A stretch of DNA of 63,903 nt, filler included, from Reclinomonas americana ATCC 50394 (GCA_048213135.1; 28 parts of 28 records of this genome joined end to end with filler, not necessarily neighbours in it); one strand, 5' to 3'. Counted from the whole stretch's first letter, positions 35,390-46,294 are shown. Made by a program: numbers and translations. Notes: generated by a model from the letters alone, not told the origin.

Positions 35390-36391
35390 GAGTGCTGCCG
35401 GCGACGGTCAGCCCGTTCCCGGNNNNNNNNNNNNNNNNNNNNNNNNNNNNNNNNNNNNNNNNNNNNTTAATTAATTAANNNNNNNNNNNNNNNNNNNNNN
35501 NNNNNNNNNNNNNNNNNNNNNNCGGCCGGAGAACTCTGGACCGCCATCCGCAAGTCGAAGCAGGGGCTTCCATTGCGGACAACGCCGGCGGCCGCGCCCG
35601 ACGTGGTCGCGCAACTCGACGATCTACCAGCGAACTGGTTCGACCGAGACGACACCACCAACCGACTCTTCAGCCGCTGCATCCACAACAACTGGGCCCA
35701 CGCGCAATGCGCGCGCTGTTCCGCGCTTCCCAAGCCGGTCACGATGTGTCGGCGGTGCGCGAGTGGTATGAAGGTCGAGGTCCAATCTCGGGCCGGCGCC
35801 TTTTGTGCACGCCACGAGCGCTGGCACTACGACGGGCGCGACGAGGCGATTGGGATCCCCGTCGCGTATGCCCGCGCGGAACGATGCCTGACAGGAACTC
35901 TCTGGGCGCGTGGGATCGGCCTCGACACGGGCGAGATCGAGCTCGCCTGCGAGATCATCTCGACCTACCGTGAATTCGTCTACCGCGATAACTCCACCCG
36001 CAGCGCAGACCAGCGCCTGCGCGACTTCTATCCTGATGCTGTCGAACTGACCGCATTCCTCACGGCGCCTTCGGCACTGGCGTTCCTTCGCAACAGACAG
36101 ATCGGGCACCTTCCCGTCGCCGCGATGGTCGAGGCGGCTGTGACGGCAGTCGCGTCGAGGTCACGGCACCGACTCAGCTCCGTGCACGGGATGTTCCAGG
36201 CCTCCGGCCGTGAACTACGACTGGGCGATTCAGAAACCAAGCCCCTGCGGCACGGGCGCCCCCTTGAAGTTGGAGCGCTTGGTGGTCTGGTCCGTGACAG
36301 TGTCCCTCGTATTCGAGCGGTCTTTCTGCGCCACGACGACGCTCGTCGTCCACTGCCGACGCTGCGCGACCAACCTCCACGCCATCGATAG
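35386..36391 (+). CDS. tniQ: TniQ family target selector 1 (spans an assembly gap)
   Basis: ATGA overlap with tnsC. Starts MRVLPATVSPFP and resumes at 35525. Zn motifs RCIH...CARC and CRRC...CARH. Confidence 0.8.
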
Positions 36392-36396
36392 ACGCG

Positions 36397-37443
36397 ATGC
36401 GTACCCTGCCCATCTACGTCGACCCGGTGCCCGCCGAGACGGTCAGTGGATATATCGGGCGCATCGCCCAGACGCACTGCCTGGAGGTTGGGGAGATTCG
36501 CCGCATGCTGATTCGAGAGGCGGGGCGTTCAACGTGGAGCGACACCGATCCACGTATCGCGCTCGCGCTCGCCCGGCTCTGCGGCCTGCCCGATGATGCA
36601 CTCGAGGTGTCCTTCGAAGACCACGGGATGTGGACTCGCTGCGGTCATCCGCGCTGGAAGCCTCAGAAGTGCCCGCGGTGCCGCACGCTTGCCGAACCAC
36701 GCACTGCCTGCGTGGAATGTGCCGGTGGGCTCGCAACCACTACCCGAGCGAGAACCGGACCTCTCTGCCTGAGGCATGGCCGCTGGACGCTTCGCGGACT
36801 GGACATAAAGGTCTCCGTTGGGGCGTCCGCGCGCCGCGCCGAAGAGACCCTGCGCGGACCACTGTGGGAACGCGGCATCGCCCTGCACACCGGCGAGTAC
36901 AACCTCGCGACCGCAGCGGTACTCGCGTGGTCCCAAGGGCACGACGGTGACACGTTCCTCGACGAGCGCGCCCAACGGCTCGGCCTACCTGCACCGACCA
37001 CGTTTGAGGAGGTGATGTTGTGCGGCTATCCCGAAGTAGTGAGAGTTGTCGAAGTCGCGATGAGCCCACGAATACTCCGCGGCGTCCTTCAGGTGTCGCG
37101 ATCGGCACTACCGCAGATCGATGGCTTCGCAAACATCATCGCAAATGCGCTAAGTGCAACAGTAAACGAGCGCCTACACGACTGGGCGGGCGCCGTCATC
37201 GGTCACGCGCACCGCGCGGTCCTCTACGCTGCGGGGCTCAGACGAACCAAAAGCGCCAAGAACGCCCTATGCCCGCAAGATCGCGCGCTCATCGTCGCGT
37301 CCGGTACTCAACGGGCATGCCTGCTCCGACACGTCTCGCCACGAATACTGGACGGACTCATGCGAGGCCACACTGAGGGCACATCGCGACTGAGCGTGAC
37401 CCGAAGATCTCCCCTGGAACCAGATGAGTTGGCGCTGCCGTGA
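36397..37443 (+). CDS. tniQ: TniQ family target selector 2
   Basis: Canonical N-terminus LPIYVDPVPAETVSGYIGRIAQTH. Zn motifs RCGH...CPRC and CVEC...CLRH. Confidence 0.88.
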   Translation: MRTLPIYVDPVPAETVSGYIGRIAQTHCLEVGEIRRMLIREAGRSTWSDTDPRIALALARLCGLPDDALEVSFEDHGMWTRCGHPRWKPQKCPRCRTLAEPRTACVECAGGLATTTRARTGPLCLRHGRWTLRGLDIKVSVGASARRAEETLRGPLWERGIALHTGEYNLATAAVLAWSQGHDGDTFLDERAQRLGLPAPTTFEEVMLCGYPEVVRVVEVAMSPRILRGVLQVSRSALPQIDGFANIIANALSATVNERLHDWAGAVIGHAHRAVLYAAGLRRTKSAKNALCPQDRALIVASGTQRACLLRHVSPRILDGLMRGHTEGTSRLSVTRRSPLEPDELALP

Positions 37444-37444
37444 C

Positions 37445-37729
37445 CTAGCGGCTGCGGAGATCCGGGGCGCCGTCGGGGACTAAATCAGCCAGAGGCAGAC
37501 CAAGCACCTGCGAGAGCGCGAGCATCGTTCGAAGCGTCGGGTTCGCCGGGTTCCCAGGACGCGACTCTCCTTTTTCGTACTTCTGATACGTGTACCGCGT
37601 GAGGCCCGATCTGTATGCCACATCTTCCTGGCTCAGCCCGGCACGCTCGCGTGCGGAACGGAGCGAGGTCGCGAAGCGCTGGGAGTACGCGCTCCACTCC
37701 GCTTCAATCTCATCGTTCCGTCGGGGCAC
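37445..37729 (-). CDS. XRE-family HTH regulator
   Basis: LRSARERAGLSQEDVAYRSGLTRYTYQKYEKGE...NPTLRTMLALSQVL. Confidence 0.92.
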   Translation of the reverse strand: MPRRNDEIEAEWSAYSQRFATSLRSARERAGLSQEDVAYRSGLTRYTYQKYEKGESRPGNPANPTLRTMLALSQVLGLPLADLVPDGAPDLRSR

Positions 37730-37772
37730 CTACCAAGCGTCTCGACGGGCCACTCCTCGCATGGCCTAATCG

Positions 37773-37798
37773 GTATGGCATAATTCGGAAGGCCATAC
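37773..37798. promoter_or_regulatory. Inverted-repeat operator overlapping an extended -10-like element
   Basis: GTATGGC-N12-GCCATAC between the divergent XRE gene and the next ORF. TGGCATAAT overlaps the left arm. Confidence 0.5.
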
Positions 37799-37844
37799 GA
37801 AACAATCTCGTCCTCGTCGGATCGCTCCGCTCTTCCCTGCACGT

Positions 37845-38402
37845 GTGCTGCCCATCCCGATGACAGGCGGTCGCGTCGCGGGAAGGCCCGTGCGAGCGAC
37901 CGCGATTGTGATGGTTGAGATGCTCGAGTCGTACCCGATCTGGTGGCAGGAAATCGACTCGCCGCCGCCAGCTGAGTGGGTGTTCATGTTCGAGGACTTC
38001 ACCGGTGACGACACAGCCGAGCAGTGGGCGTTGGCGGCGGCGATCTTCATCGCTCAGACTCGTCGCCGCACAACAGCAGGTCCGACCTTTGCAGAGCTCT
38101 TCACACACCTTCTGCCAGACACTGACGGGCTCCCCGGACCCCTGCCACGAAACCTAGACTTCATGCAGCGGCGCCGCGCAGTCGCGGGCTTCCGCGGCCA
38201 CGCGGCAATCGAATGGCGCCGACGAGGAATGATCAGCTTCGACAACGGCGTCATGCGCAGCCTTCGCGTAGGACGCGAGTTTCGCGAGCGGTCGCGGCGT
38301 CGCCAACAGGCCCGAGAAGCCACACGCCATCAGTGCGAAACCGATCGCGAACCGAGCTCGGAACTCACCGTCATGACCGCCATCACGGAACGAGAAAGTT
38401 AA
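37845..38402 (+). CDS. Hypothetical protein with a LexA-like winged-helix region; start may be 37911
   Basis: GPTFAELF...AIEWRRRGMISFDNGVMRSLRVG resembles the LexA DNA-binding domain pattern. Confidence 0.5.
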   Translation: MLPIPMTGGRVAGRPVRATAIVMVEMLESYPIWWQEIDSPPPAEWVFMFEDFTGDDTAEQWALAAAIFIAQTRRRTTAGPTFAELFTHLLPDTDGLPGPLPRNLDFMQRRRAVAGFRGHAAIEWRRRGMISFDNGVMRSLRVGREFRERSRRRQQAREATRHQCETDREPSSELTVMTAITERES

Positions 38403-38403
38403 C

Positions 38404-38814
38404 TTGACCGAGAAATATCCGCCGGAACTCCAGGGCCTCCTCAAGCGGATCGCTCCAGGCTGGCCAGAACTGCTGGAAGTCGGAGCCGGCTGGTACCCGC
38501 TGCTGACCAGACTCGATGCGACACTGTCCGTCATCGCCCCGAACTACGTCATACAGCAGGTGAAATCGAAGTTTGGCGCCCTGAGCCTCTACGCCGACCC
38601 GTCTGATGACCCGTCGAGCTTCGATGAGGCATTTACGGAGGCGGTGCGTGCGGCTGAGTGGGAGAGTATCGAGACGTGCGAGGTATGTGGGGCGCAGGCT
38701 AAGCAGTATGTGATCAGAATGTGGGTCTCGACACTCTGCCTAGGTCACGCGGCCGAGACGAGAGGTGACGCGGTCCGAGAGGGCCTCGAAGGCGAGTACC
38801 GACTGTTCGAATAG
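38404..38814 (+). CDS. Hypothetical Zn-ribbon protein of a phage/mobile-element type
   Basis: VGAGWYPLL...QVKSKFGALSLY...TCEVCG...WVSTLCLGH. Confidence 0.65.
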   Translation: MTEKYPPELQGLLKRIAPGWPELLEVGAGWYPLLTRLDATLSVIAPNYVIQQVKSKFGALSLYADPSDDPSSFDEAFTEAVRAAEWESIETCEVCGAQAKQYVIRMWVSTLCLGHAAETRGDAVREGLEGEYRLFE

Positions 38815-38931
38815 GTGCAGGCCATGCAGGATCGCTCTGGATTCAAGTTCTTCAAACTCTTCAAGAAACCGAGTGCCAGCAGCCATGTGGTCGCGCCTAA
38901 CAACGGTGCGAGCGACACTTGATCGATTGCA

Positions 38932-38985
38932 ACTTGCGCGCGCAAGTGCGACCGGCTACAGTCATGTCAACTTGCGCGTGCAAGT
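38932..38985 (+). promoter_or_regulatory. MFS promoter with two LacI-type operators
   Basis: ACTTGCGCGCGCAAGT (38932-38947, perfect palindrome) and ACTTGCGCGTGCAAGT (38970-38985). TTGCGC-N17-TACAGT promoter. Confidence 0.75.
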
Positions 38986-39068
38986 TACCGCGCAGGTCCC
39001 GAATCCTGAGCGGTTTGCCGTCTAGCAACCGTGCCGAGTTCGGTACCCCCTTCGACAATGGAGTCATC

Positions 39069-40430
39069 ATGACCACGCCCTCTCATCCCGGCACTCCCGC
39101 CGAGGGATCAAGGACCGAGCTGCCGTCGCCACTTCCTCCCGCGCCTGGTGCGCTCCAGGAGGGCATCCGCACGGTTACGGGCCTCGTTCGTCCGCTTCAG
39201 GCCACGCGCTCATACATTTGGCTGCTCGTCCTGGCACAGTTCGGAATCTTCGTAGCGTTCATCACTCCGCTCGCGATCTCTCTTGCGGTGCGGGTGAGCG
39301 CACTGGCGCCGGGCTTCGAAGAGGTGTACCTGGGCTACATCACCGGGGCGGCCTCCATCGTCGTGATGATCATCACTCCTATTGTCGGAATCCTCAGCGA
39401 CCGGACGCGCTCGCGTCTGGGTCGTCGACGTCCGTGGATCCTCGGCGGAATGCTCGTCGGCGTGGGGTCGCTGTTCGTCATGGGTTTGGCGCCGAACGTG
39501 CTTCTGCTCGGGGTGGGTTGGATCCTGGCTCAGATCGGGTGGGGCCAGGCCCTGGCCATCCTCACCACCTCGATGGCAGATACCCTCCCTGAGCACCAGC
39601 GCGGCAAGGTCGCCGGACTTGTCGGGTTTGCCACTCAGGTCGCACCCGTCGCCGGTGTGATTATCGCCGGCACTCTCGTCGCGGATTCGCTCCTGCTCTT
39701 CTTGGTCCCCGGCCTGGTGGGCGTCTTCTTCCTCACCCTCTTCCTGCTCTTCTCTCGAGAGCAGGACAGCCGCGAGATGATTATCTCGGGCGTTCTCACC
39801 ATCGGAACGACGTTCCGGAAGTACCTGTTCAACCCTGCGAAGTACCCCGATTTCTCGCTTGTCTGGTCGGGCCGGTTTTGCTTCTACTTTGGGCTCACCC
39901 TGAACACCGCCTTCACCGCCTTCTTCTTTGCGGCTCGCCTGAACATCAGTGTCGAGGAGATCGCAGGCATTCTCGCCACTCTGAGCCTGGTCGGCATCGC
40001 AGCCACGACCATCGGGGCAATCGGTGGAGGTTTCCTCTCCGACAAGCTGCGCCGCCGTCGGCTCTTCGTTCTCCTGGCATCCGTGATCTTCGCCGCGGGC
40101 GTCGTGACGGAAGCTGTCGCGACGGACATCACGATGCTCTTCGTCGGATCGCTCATCGCGTCCGTGGGCATCGGAGCGTTCTCTGCAGTGGATCAGGCGC
40201 TCCTCCTGGACGTCCTTCCCGAGCGTGACACGGATGCGGGTCGATTCATGGGAATCGCCGGATTCGCCACTGCCATTCCGCAGGCGATCGCGCCGTTCGT
40301 TGCTCCGCTCATCCTCGCGATCGGGGTGACTTCGGCCGGGGACAAGAACTACACCTTGCTCTACTTCATCGCCGGAGCGATCACTCTGGTCGGCGGTCTC
40401 ATCGTGATGCGAGTTCGGCAAGTGCGCTGA
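39069..40430 (+). CDS. MFS transporter (sugar/glycoside)
   Basis: About 12 TM segments, GILSDRTRSRLGRRRPW and GFLSDKLRRRR. GGAG RBS before ATG 39069. Confidence 0.93.
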   Translation: MTTPSHPGTPAEGSRTELPSPLPPAPGALQEGIRTVTGLVRPLQATRSYIWLLVLAQFGIFVAFITPLAISLAVRVSALAPGFEEVYLGYITGAASIVVMIITPIVGILSDRTRSRLGRRRPWILGGMLVGVGSLFVMGLAPNVLLLGVGWILAQIGWGQALAILTTSMADTLPEHQRGKVAGLVGFATQVAPVAGVIIAGTLVADSLLLFLVPGLVGVFFLTLFLLFSREQDSREMIISGVLTIGTTFRKYLFNPAKYPDFSLVWSGRFCFYFGLTLNTAFTAFFFAARLNISVEEIAGILATLSLVGIAATTIGAIGGGFLSDKLRRRRLFVLLASVIFAAGVVTEAVATDITMLFVGSLIASVGIGAFSAVDQALLLDVLPERDTDAGRFMGIAGFATAIPQAIAPFVAPLILAIGVTSAGDKNYTLLYFIAGAITLVGGLIVMRVRQVR

Positions 40431-40444
40431 GTCGACAAGATGGC

Positions 40445-40478
40445 GGGGCCCGCAGCGACTAGCGTCGCTGCGGGCCCC
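40445..40478. terminator. Bidirectional hairpin between convergent MFS and LacI genes
   Basis: Perfect 15-bp stem GGGGCCCGCAGCGAC-TAGC-GTCGCTGCGGGCCCC. Confidence 0.8.
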
Positions 40479-40500
40479 GAGGGTGTGGATGTGAGCCCGA

Positions 40501-41368
40501 CTACTCCTGAGTGGTCGGGGTCACGGATGTCGACGCTCGGGCAATGAGCTTGACCGCGGACGTCTGCTCCCACTCCGGAGTCGGCGTTTCATCCATCGCA
40601 TGAATGGCCAGAGCGGCGAGGTAGTGCCCCAGGCCTGTCGAGTCGATCCGAACACTCGAGATACGCGGCTCGAACATCAGCGCCATAGGGGTGTCGTCAT
40701 GTCCGATGACCGCGAGGCTCTGAGGCACAGCAATCTCCGCACGCGCGGCGGCCCCGATGATGGCCGCTGCGACATCGTCATTGAACGCCACCACACCTGT
40801 GATGCCGGCTTCGATCCATTCCGAGACGGGCGGATCGACCTCAGAAGCTGCAGGATTGAGCTCGAGGGTAGCGGGCGTCTCGAGACCGAGTTCGATCGCT
40901 GCGGCCGTGGCCGCTTCCTCGCGGGCNNNNNNNNNNNNNNNNNNNNNNNNNNNNNNNNNNNNNNNNNNNNTTAATTAATTAANNNNNNNNNNNNNNNNNN
41001 NNNNNNNNNNNNNNNNNNNNNNNNNNGTGCGCGCGCCCTTCGTGCGGCGTATAGGTGATCAGCGCGTACCCGTGCTCATCGAGCGCGTGGGTCGCCTCAT
41101 CGATGTTCTCTCGAAGGCTGTACTCGATAGGCCAGTCCGGAAGAACGAGCAGTACGAGGTGACTTCGTCCACTGGCCAGAGCCCGCGCAGCGATGTGTGG
41201 CCGATACCCTAGGCGTCTCGCTTCCGCGAGCACGCGCTCGGTCGTCGCTGCAGAAATCGTCTGCCCGGGGGTCTCGTTGAGAACGAACCCCACGGTCGCT
41301 CGCGAGACTCCGAGTGATCGAGCGATGTCTGCCGCGGTTACCCGACGGCGTGATTTCTGCAATGCCAC
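40501..41368 (-). CDS. LacI-family regulator (split by an assembly gap)
   Basis: HTH VTAADIARSLGVSRATVGFVLN and GYRPHIAARAL from GTG 41368 (GAAGGAG RBS). C-terminal VAFNDDVA...VPQSLAVIGHDD...LIARAS lies on the neighbouring contig. Confidence 0.92.
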
Positions 41369-41437
41369 TGTCGCTCCTTCGTTGCAGGGTGTGCTCCTCA
41401 CCAAGTCCACCACAGCAAGGAACAGTCTGCAGGATTG

Positions 41438-41491
41438 ACTTGTGCGCGCTAGCACTCATGTTATTCTGATTGTTCACTAGCTCGCGCTAGT
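41438..41491 (+). promoter_or_regulatory. lacI/GH78 divergent promoter with two LacI-type operators
   Basis: ACTTGTGCGCGCTAGC (41438-41453) and ACTAGCTCGCGCTAGT (41476-41491), with an extended -10-like TGTTATTCT between them. Confidence 0.7.
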
Positions 41492-41555
41492 CAGTCAGAC
41501 AATGGAGTCTCGGCAGCCCGACTGTCGAAGCTCTCACTCAAGGAGCGCCGATCCG

Positions 41556-43511
41556 ATGCCCGAACCCCGATCCGCAAGTTTCGTCAGCCCGCCCTCTGCA
41601 CAGGGCGCCGTTGGGGAACATGCCTCGTACCTCCGCAAGGAGTTCGTCGCGTCGAGCGTCCCCCGCCGCGCCACCCTGCGGTCCACCGCCGTGGGACTCA
41701 TCGAGCCGCACCTCAATGGTGCCGTGGTTGGCGACGAGGTCCTCGCACCCGGATGGACCTCATACCGGCATCGGCTCGTCGTGAGTACCCACGACGTCAC
41801 TGACCAGATCACAGCAGGAGCGAATGTCATCGCCGCCGTGCTCGGCGAGGGGTGGGCCATCGGACGTTTGGGCTGGGAAGAGCGACGTCACCACTATTCC
41901 GATCGTCCTGCGGCGTGGTTCGAACTCGAGATCGAGTATGCCGATGGGAGTCGCGACACGATCGTCAGTGACACATCGATGACAGCGTCACGCGGCGGAG
42001 TAGGCGCGAACAGCATCTATGACGGGGAGACGTTCGACGCTCGCAACGAGCCGGATGGATGGGATCGGCCGGGCTTTGACGACAGCGAGTGGGGTCCGGT
42101 CGAGGCCTTCGACTGGCCGCTCGATGCCCTCACGGAGCCGATCGCGCCGCCGATCCGCCGCATCGAAGAGCTGACGCCGAAACAGACTCTGCGCACGCCT
42201 TCCGGCAAGCTCGTCGTCGACTTCGGGCAGAATATCTCTGGCTGGGTCCGTCTCACCGTTCAGGGCGACCCCGGGTCGACGATCACGCTGCGCCATGCAG
42301 AAGTCATGGTCGACGGGGAGATCGAGATCGAGACGCTGCGCACTGCTGCGGCCACCGATCAGTATGTTCTCCGTGGTGGTGCGGTTGAGACGTGGGAGCC
42401 GCGATTCACGTTCCACGGCTTCCGATACGTCGAGGTAGACGGGTGGCCTGGTGAGTTGGCGGACGACGCGATCCGAGCAATCGTCGTTCACTCCGACATG
42501 ACCCGGACGGGATGGCTGACGACCTCCAACCCGCAGTTGAACCAGCTGCACTCCAACGCCGTGTGGTCCATGCGCGACAACTTCGTCGGCATCCCGACCG
42601 ATTGCCCGCAACGTGACGAACGCCTCGGTTGGACCGGAGACATCAACGCGTTCGCTCCCACCGCTGCCTTTCTCTACGACGTCCGAGGTGTGCTCGGATC
42701 CTGGTTGAGAGATCTCGCCGTCGAGCAGGCGGAGAAGGGGTTCGTGCCCTGGGTCGTGCCGGACGTCCTGTCGACCCCTTCCTCTCCGACGGCCCTCTGG
42801 AGCGACGTGGCCGTGAGCCTTCCCTGGGCGCTGTACCGCGAATACGGCGACGAAAAGATCCTCGAGGACGCGTATGTGTCGATGAGCACATTCATCCGCC
42901 AGGTAGCCGACCTCCTCGATGACGACGGGCTGTGGAGCACCGGCTTCCAATACGGCGACTGGCTCGACCCCGACGCCCCCGACGACAACCCCGCCGGCGG
43001 CAAGACCGACCGCCACCTCGTCGCGGGCGCCTACCTGTGCCGCACCACACGCGAGATGGCGGACAGCGCGCGCATCCTCGGGCACGACGATGACGCGGCA
43101 GAGTTCGACGCACTCGCGTCGAGGGTGCGCGAGGCTTTCCGCCGCGAGTACGTGAGCCCGAACGGCCGCCTGGTCAATGAGACGGCGACCGCGTACGCGC
43201 TCGCGATCTCGTTCGGGATCCTCGATGAAGAGCAGACGCGCCATGCGGGTGATCGCCTGGCAGCCGTGGTCGCGCAAGCGGGCTATCGCATCTCGACCGG
43301 ATTCGCGGGAACGCCGCTGGTCACGGATGCTCTGACCTCGACTGGACACCTCGACGAGGCCTACCTCCTTCTCCTGGAGACGAAAGCCCCGTCGTTCCTC
43401 TACCCCGTGACCATGGGCGCGACGACGATCTGGGAGCGATGGGACTCCGTCCGCCCGGACGGAACGATCAACCCTTCTGGGATGACTTCACTGAATCACT
43501 ACGCGCTCGGC
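41556..43511 (+). CDS. Alpha-L-rhamnosidase (GH78), 3' partial
   Basis: LAPGWTSY, DFGQNISGW, FTFHGFRY, IPTDCPQRDERLGWTGD, GDWLDP, GATTIWERWD and MTSLNHYALG. Confidence 0.96.
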
Positions 43512-43611
43512 NNNNNNNNNNNNNNNNNNNNNNNNNNNNNNNNNNNNNNNNNNNNTTAATTAATTAANNNNNNNNNNNNNNNNNNNNNNNNNNNNNNNNN
43601 NNNNNNNNNNN

Positions 43612-43767
43612 CAAGGTTTCGGATACGTGCCGATGCTCCGCGCTGTCCATCAAGCACTGTCCACCGGCGCGACTCAACACTCGCACCATCCTCTGTCCGA
43701 CAGCATCGCGGTACTGGAAACGCTGGACATCCTCCGCTCCGAATGGGCAGTCACGGCGTCCGCCTGA
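43612..43767 (+). CDS. C-terminal tail of a probable Gfo/Idh/MocA oxidoreductase
   Basis: QGFGYVPMLRAVHQALSTGATQHSHHPLSDSIAVLETLDILRSEW fits the family C-terminal helix pattern. Not in the ORF track. Confidence 0.55.
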   Translation, partial: QGFGYVPMLRAVHQALSTGATQHSHHPLSDSIAVLETLDILRSEWAVTASA

Positions 43768-43801
43768 CTGCCTCTCCCTCGATCCTTCTCGAAAGGCAGC
43801 A

Positions 43802-46130
43802 ATGAGCCGTTCACCCCTCAACACCAACTGGACGTACCGCCCCAAGACCAGCATCTTCGCTGACGCGCATGGGCAATCGTCGCCCGGCGTGCCGGTTCAC
43901 CTGCCGCACGACGCGATTATCTCGCTCGAGCGGCATGCCGATGCACCCAGCGGCGCCGCCGGCGCGTTCTTCCCCGGCGGCGCATTCGAATACCGCACCA
44001 CGCTCGACGCGCCACTCGATTGGCGCGACAAGCACGTCGCCCTCGAGTTCGAGGGCGTCTATCGCGACGCGATGATCTACGTGAACGGCGCCTTTGTCGC
44101 CCAGCGTCCCAACGGGTACGCCGCATTCATCGTCTCCCTCGACGGCTACTTGGAGTACGGCGCTGAGAACACTATCCGCGTCGACGCCCGCGCTCACGCA
44201 GACTCTCGCTGGTACACCGGCGCAGGCATCTACCGCGAAGTTCACCTCTGGGTCAGCGAACGAATACACATCCCTGAACAGGCGGGCGTCCAGGTCATGA
44301 CACCGGACGTCGACGACGAGCGGGCCGTGGTGAGCGTCGTCACCCGCGTGACCAACACGGGCACCTTGACGCGCACAGCAACCGTGACGACAGAGATCCT
44401 TGACCCCCAGGGTCGAATCGTCGGCCTCGAGAACAGCCCCGTCACGACGTTCCCTCAGACAGAGGCGACCGTAAGGCAGCGCATCTACGTTCCCGCTCCG
44501 CAGCGGTGGAGCGTCGATAACCCTGCGCTCTACACCGCACGTACCACCCTCGACGGCATCTCAGACACGTCCGAGACTCGAACCACGCCTTTCGGCATCC
44601 GCACGCTGCAGCTCGATCCCGCCCATGGTCTCCGCATCAACGGTGACACCGTGAAGCTACGCGGCGCATGCATCCATCACGACAACGGGATCCTCGGTGC
44701 AGCCACCTTCGCAGACGCTGAGGAGCGCCGCGTCCTCCTCCTCAAAGCCGCGGGGTTCAACGCCATTCGCAACAGCCACAACCCCATGAGCGTCGCCATG
44801 CTCGATGCGTGCGACCGCCACGGCATGCTCGTCATGGACGAGACGTTCGACATGTGGGCCGAATCCAAGTCGCCCTTCGACTACTCGCTGGCATTCCCCG
44901 AGTGGTGGGAGAGAGACGTGGAAGCAATGGTGGCCACGGACTTCAACCACGCCAGTGTGATCATCTACTCGATCGGCAACGAGATCCCGGAGACGGGCAA
45001 CGCGATCGCGAGCCAATGGGGACGGAAGCTCGCCGAGAAGGTCCGTGAGCTGGACGACACACGCTACGTGACCAACGGCATCAACGGCTTCGTGTCCGCG
45101 CTGAGCGAGATCACCGACATGATCGAGGCCGTCGCCGCAGACACCGCTGCCTCGAGCGAGACTGCGGATGCCGAGGCCGACGGCGGAGTAAACGCCCTCA
45201 TGGGGAGCACCGAAGACTTCATGGACTGGGTCGCGACGTCCCCGCTGGTCACCGCAGCCACGGCAGAATCGTTTGCAGTCCTCGACATCGTCGGCCTGAA
45301 CTACGGGGACGCCCGGTATGAGATGGAGCGCCACGAACACCCCAATCGCATCGTGGTCGGGACTGAGACGTTCCCGTCGCGCATCGACCGCAACTGGAAA
45401 CTCGTGACAGAACACCCGCACGTGATCGGGGATTTCACCTGGTCCGGATGGGACTACCTCGGCGAGGTCGGAGTCGGGCGCGTGAAATACGAAGGCGAAC
45501 CCGACGCATTCGATGGCGAATTCCCGTGGCTGACGTCCTGGTCTGCAGACCTCGACATGACCGGGCACCGCCGCCCGATGTCGTACTACCGCGAGACCGT
45601 CTTCGGCTTGCGCACCGAGCCCTACATCGCCGTGCGGCGACCTTCGAACCACGGACGTGCGTTCACACTCGGACAGTGGAGTTGGACGGACGCCGTCTCC
45701 AGCTGGAGCTGGAACATTGAAGATGGCTTCCCGATGGCGCTGGAGGTCTACAGCGACGCCGACGAGATCAGGCTCCAGCTCAACGACCGTGTGATCGCCA
45801 CACAACGCGTTGGTGCTCGACGCGCGTTCGTGGCGGACTTCGAGATCCCGTTCGAATCCGGCGCTCTCACGGCGGTCGCCCTTCGAGACGGCGAAGAAGT
45901 CAGTCGCTCCATCCTGAAATCAGCTGCTGGCGAAGCGCTCCTCGATGTCCGACTCGACAAGACCACCGCAGAACTCCGAGACGGAACGCTCTTCTTCGCT
46001 GAGATTGAACTTCGCGACGGCGGCGGGAGCCTCATCAATGACGCCGATCGTCCAGTCACGGTGACGGTGACCGGGGCAGGGTCGCTGGCGGCCTTCGGCA
46101 GCGGCCGCCCTCGCACTATCGAGCGCTTCG
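43802..46130 (+). CDS. Glycoside hydrolase family 2 (beta-galactosidase-like), 3' partial
   Basis: LEFEGVY, SRWYTGAGIYR, LRGACIHHDNG, GFNAIRNSHNP, YSIGNE, VGTET and WSGWDYLGE. Confidence 0.95.
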
Positions 46131-46294
46131 NNNNNNNNNNNNNNNNNNNNNNNNNNNNNNNNNNNNNNNNNNNNTTAATTAATTAANNNNNNNNNNNNNN
46201 NNNNNNNNNNNNNNNNNNNNNNNNNNNNNNCTCGGCCGGAACGCAACACGCTGTCCGCACACTCCGAATCGATCCCCGCATGAATGGAGCACGA

